Assembly (NCBI GenBank): GCA_008369845.1
Contig: MRSU01005588.1
Location: 1 to 64,000 of the forward strand
Length of the DNA: 64,000 nt
Source of the DNA: Trichomonas gallinae
Lineage: Eukaryota
Direction: 5' to 3'
The position numbers and the translations under genes are program-made. Shown piece by piece: positions 63,253 through 64,000 of the stretch (positions within the stretch are counted from its first letter, which is position 1; each line of letters begins with the position of its first letter). Under the pieces are notes generated by a model that saw only the letters and a program-made list of their open reading frames with translations, was not told the origin of the DNA and did not search any database.

Positions 63253-64000
63253 ATGTCGGATTTCGACGAAGATACCGACTTCTACACGATTCTCGATGTC
63301 GGATTCAATGCAACGAATGACGAAATCAAGGCGGCCTACAGAAAACAAGCGAAAAAATATCATCCAGACAGAAATAGAGATGATCCGGAAGAGGCCACTC
63401 GCGTTTTCCAGCTTATTGAGCGTGCATACGCGACATTAAGCGATCCAAAGAAGAAGGCAACTTATGATAAGCAGTTTGTACAACATTCAGGATTTGCAAG
63501 TTTTAGAATTGGCAAAATAATCGATTACTTCAATGATCCTGGTGATCTTGAGGATGATGAGATTGCTTATGATGACTCCATTTCTGGTTTCTTTCAAGCT
63601 ACAGAAAGAAAATTCTTATCAATCGCCAAAGAAGAAGAATTGGGCAACAGTACTCCAGTATTTGGTCGTTCAAAAACTCCATGGGAAGTTGTCAGTGAGT
63701 TTTACAATTTTTGGACTAATTATAATGCAAAGCCAATTGATATGCAAGGAAATCAAAAGGAAATTAAGCGCCATCTGCTTGAAAGAACAAGACAGATCAG
63801 AAACTTCGCTGAACAAACAAAACAAAAGGATCCAAGAGTTAAGAGACAAGCTCAGATTTTAGAGCAGCAGAACATGCGTAAATCAGTAGAAGCAGAAAGG
63901 AAGAAGCAAGAAAACCATAAGAAAGTCCTTGAAGAAATAGAAAAATATCAACAAGAAGATAATTATGATCCAAAGAAGCATTTAATCCTTTCAGAATTTG
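63253..64000 (+). CDS. J-domain (DnaJ) protein, DNAJC21/Jjj1-like, truncated by the window end
   Basis: Not in the ORF track. ATG 63253 (TCATT at 63237) gives MSDFDEDTDFYTILDV..IKAAYRKQAKKYHPDRN..FQLIERAYATLSDPKKKATYD, then PVFGRSKTPWEVVSEFYNFW and KDPRV; frame open to the end. Confidence 0.9.
   Translation, partial: MSDFDEDTDFYTILDVGFNATNDEIKAAYRKQAKKYHPDRNRDDPEEATRVFQLIERAYATLSDPKKKATYDKQFVQHSGFASFRIGKIIDYFNDPGDLEDDEIAYDDSISGFFQATERKFLSIAKEEELGNSTPVFGRSKTPWEVVSEFYNFWTNYNAKPIDMQGNQKEIKRHLLERTRQIRNFAEQTKQKDPRVKRQAQILEQQNMRKSVEAERKKQENHKKVLEEIEKYQQEDNYDPKKHLILSEF

Noticed and set aside
63203..63862. Track ORFs 63203-63439 and 63533-63862
   Set aside because: Off-frame shadows of the J-domain gene starting at 63253.
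1..64000. Transposons (Maverick, mariner), rRNA, tRNA, CRISPR arrays, stop-codon reassignment
   Set aside because: No integrase, transposase or polymerase ORFs, terminal repeats, RNA-gene signatures or repeat-spacer arrays seen. TAA, TAG and TGA all end intact genes, so internal stops reflect decay.

Overview
AT-rich eukaryotic genomic DNA. Genes are compact, apparently intronless and use the standard code. Many have TCA(C/T)T initiator-like or AAAGTGAC/GTCACTTT motifs just upstream of the ATG. This pattern and the gene families indicate a trichomonad (Trichomonas-like parabasalid); that is an inference and the species cannot be fixed from sequence alone. There are 18 likely protein-coding genes: a redox-inactive PDI-like protein, a large USP deubiquitinase, four kinases (CAMK, TKL, Rim15/MAST-like AGC, CK1), a PQ-loop protein, a mucin-like membrane protein, a bZIP, a CBL-type EF-hand protein, a small TM protein, eIF4E, a degenerate dynein heavy chain, a coiled-coil/RRM protein, a Rab, a TRPML-like channel, a 5838-aa talin-like protein and a partial J-domain gene missed by the ORF track. 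There is also one clear pseudogene plus weaker decayed remnants. Highlights: (1) a giant talin-like protein with five tandem F0-F3 FERM heads, a rod containing a ~150-aa repeat, and a C-terminal I/LWEQ-like domain; (2) an intact 3222-aa dynein heavy chain ORF that has lost the AAA1 P-loop but keeps the stalk and microtubule-binding domain; (3) a TKL kinase with a possible MLKL-like N-terminal helical bundle. All domain calls are by-eye motif recognition; no searches were run.
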